This document shows, in pieces, positions 48,353-49,551 of a stretch of DNA of 49,551 nucleotides. The notes beneath the pieces are model-generated. The model made no database searches, was not told the origin of the DNA, and saw only the letters and a list, made by a program, of their open reading frames with translations. Source of the stretch: Octopus bimaculoides (Eukaryota); the NCBI RefSeq assembly GCF_001194135.2, contig NC_068983.1, forward strand, positions 105,882,808-105,932,358, in the 5' to 3' direction. How positions within the stretch are numbered: position 1 is the stretch's first letter; every line of letters starts with the position of its first letter. A program made the position numbers and the translations under genes.

Positions 48353-49483
48353 CCATTGGTTTAGTTTTAACATTAACCTTAAGAATAACACGAGAGACAT
48401 TTACAGAACAGGCCGTTCATTCCTTTGTAAGAAATATAACACTTTCGTTAATAGGACATTGTTTTTGACAAGATCTATCTTCGTTGTTAGCGACCGAAGC
48501 ATTTTATTAAATTATTCCTACGAGTATGGCAAGTTAAACTGTAAATAACAGAGGTTATCGCTTTAATAATGATTTCTTTTTATTATGTTCATGGACAAAC
48601 AACGTTGCTGTTGTCGGTGGTAGTGGTTGTTAGCTCCAGACCAGCTCCAATTGAGTAGCCATATAAGTCAAATGTTTCCTAGTAATGGCCACCTTATCTT
48701 TTTTGTAAATATAGGGGTATATTGTGCACATTGTGCCCTTTTGTTTTGGTATGATATGGATCCTGAGCAAGACGTTAAATTTCATTCAGTGGTGAGGCTC
48801 AAGTCAAAGAGTTCAGGTGTTTGGTAGAGTATATAGCTTGCAACTTTGCCTTGATGTAGTCCTAAATATCCCTACAAAACCGGGATGGTCGAGCTAGAAT
48901 GCCTTTGATTACAGATCTGTTTGTATTAGGAATGATATGGGCTAAACGACAATAACAACGACTAATTAGGCAACTCGAGCCAATGATGGAGTCTTTACGT
49001 GATGGATTTGTTAGAAATAGCAGCCGAATTTCCCTCTTATTCCATCCTACCATCTTCAAAGAGAGACACTGGATAATGTAGTCCTAGATACATAATGATC
49101 GGGAAAAGGATGGGACTGCCAAGGCTGGAACGTTACTGATTATAGGACAACTCGATTAGTCTGAGACTAAACAACAACTAACTCGACCAAATGTTGCAGT
49201 GTTACCACTGACGATTATGTTGATTAACCCTATGTCCAACTAGATCAAGCAGGCCTATGATCAAAAGTACTCCAGCTGTGACCATCATGTTTTTCTTTTT
49301 CCCTTGTGCAGAAGAATCCAGTACATGTCTTTTTTTGAAGATGGGATGCTATATGTATCAGGTTGAGCGAGTACACGGAGGCTCTCTTGTTTACTGAACG
49401 CGGTGGTTAATGTAGTCGGTGTAAAATGTGTTTATCCTACAGTAAGATGCCTAAAGACAAAATAACTTGAATTTCAAAAACCA

Positions 49484-49551
<68 letters not shown>

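Overview
AT-rich eukaryotic draft scaffold with ten N-gaps, dense in microsatellites and SINEs. The repeat families suggest an octopus or other coleoid cephalopod (inference). One protein-coding gene is well supported: a minus-strand, 206-aa Rab-like small GTPase of the RabX6 type, CDS join(complement 22919..23098, 3747..4187), split by an 18.7-kb intron. The protein is atypical: G3 is DTGGME, G4 NKxD has become NMCG(D), G5 is SSH, and it ends in a Rac/Rap-like KKKKCLLL CaaL tail. A strong splice acceptor 21 nt above the ATG implies an unlocated upstream exon. The rest is largely transposon-derived: three tRNA-SINE families (including a mirror-symmetric SINE block inside the intron), a dead mariner with both TIRs, a Tc3/maT-like 3' fragment, mariner and hAT MITEs, a 91-bp mini-Helitron, a HERO/NeSL-like non-LTR fragment, a Penelope-like relic with a hammerhead-like remnant, and several long inverted-repeat (foldback) structures. 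No rRNA, true tRNA gene or CRISPR array was seen. Repeat boundaries were read by eye and are approximate unless a TSD or TIR is quoted.
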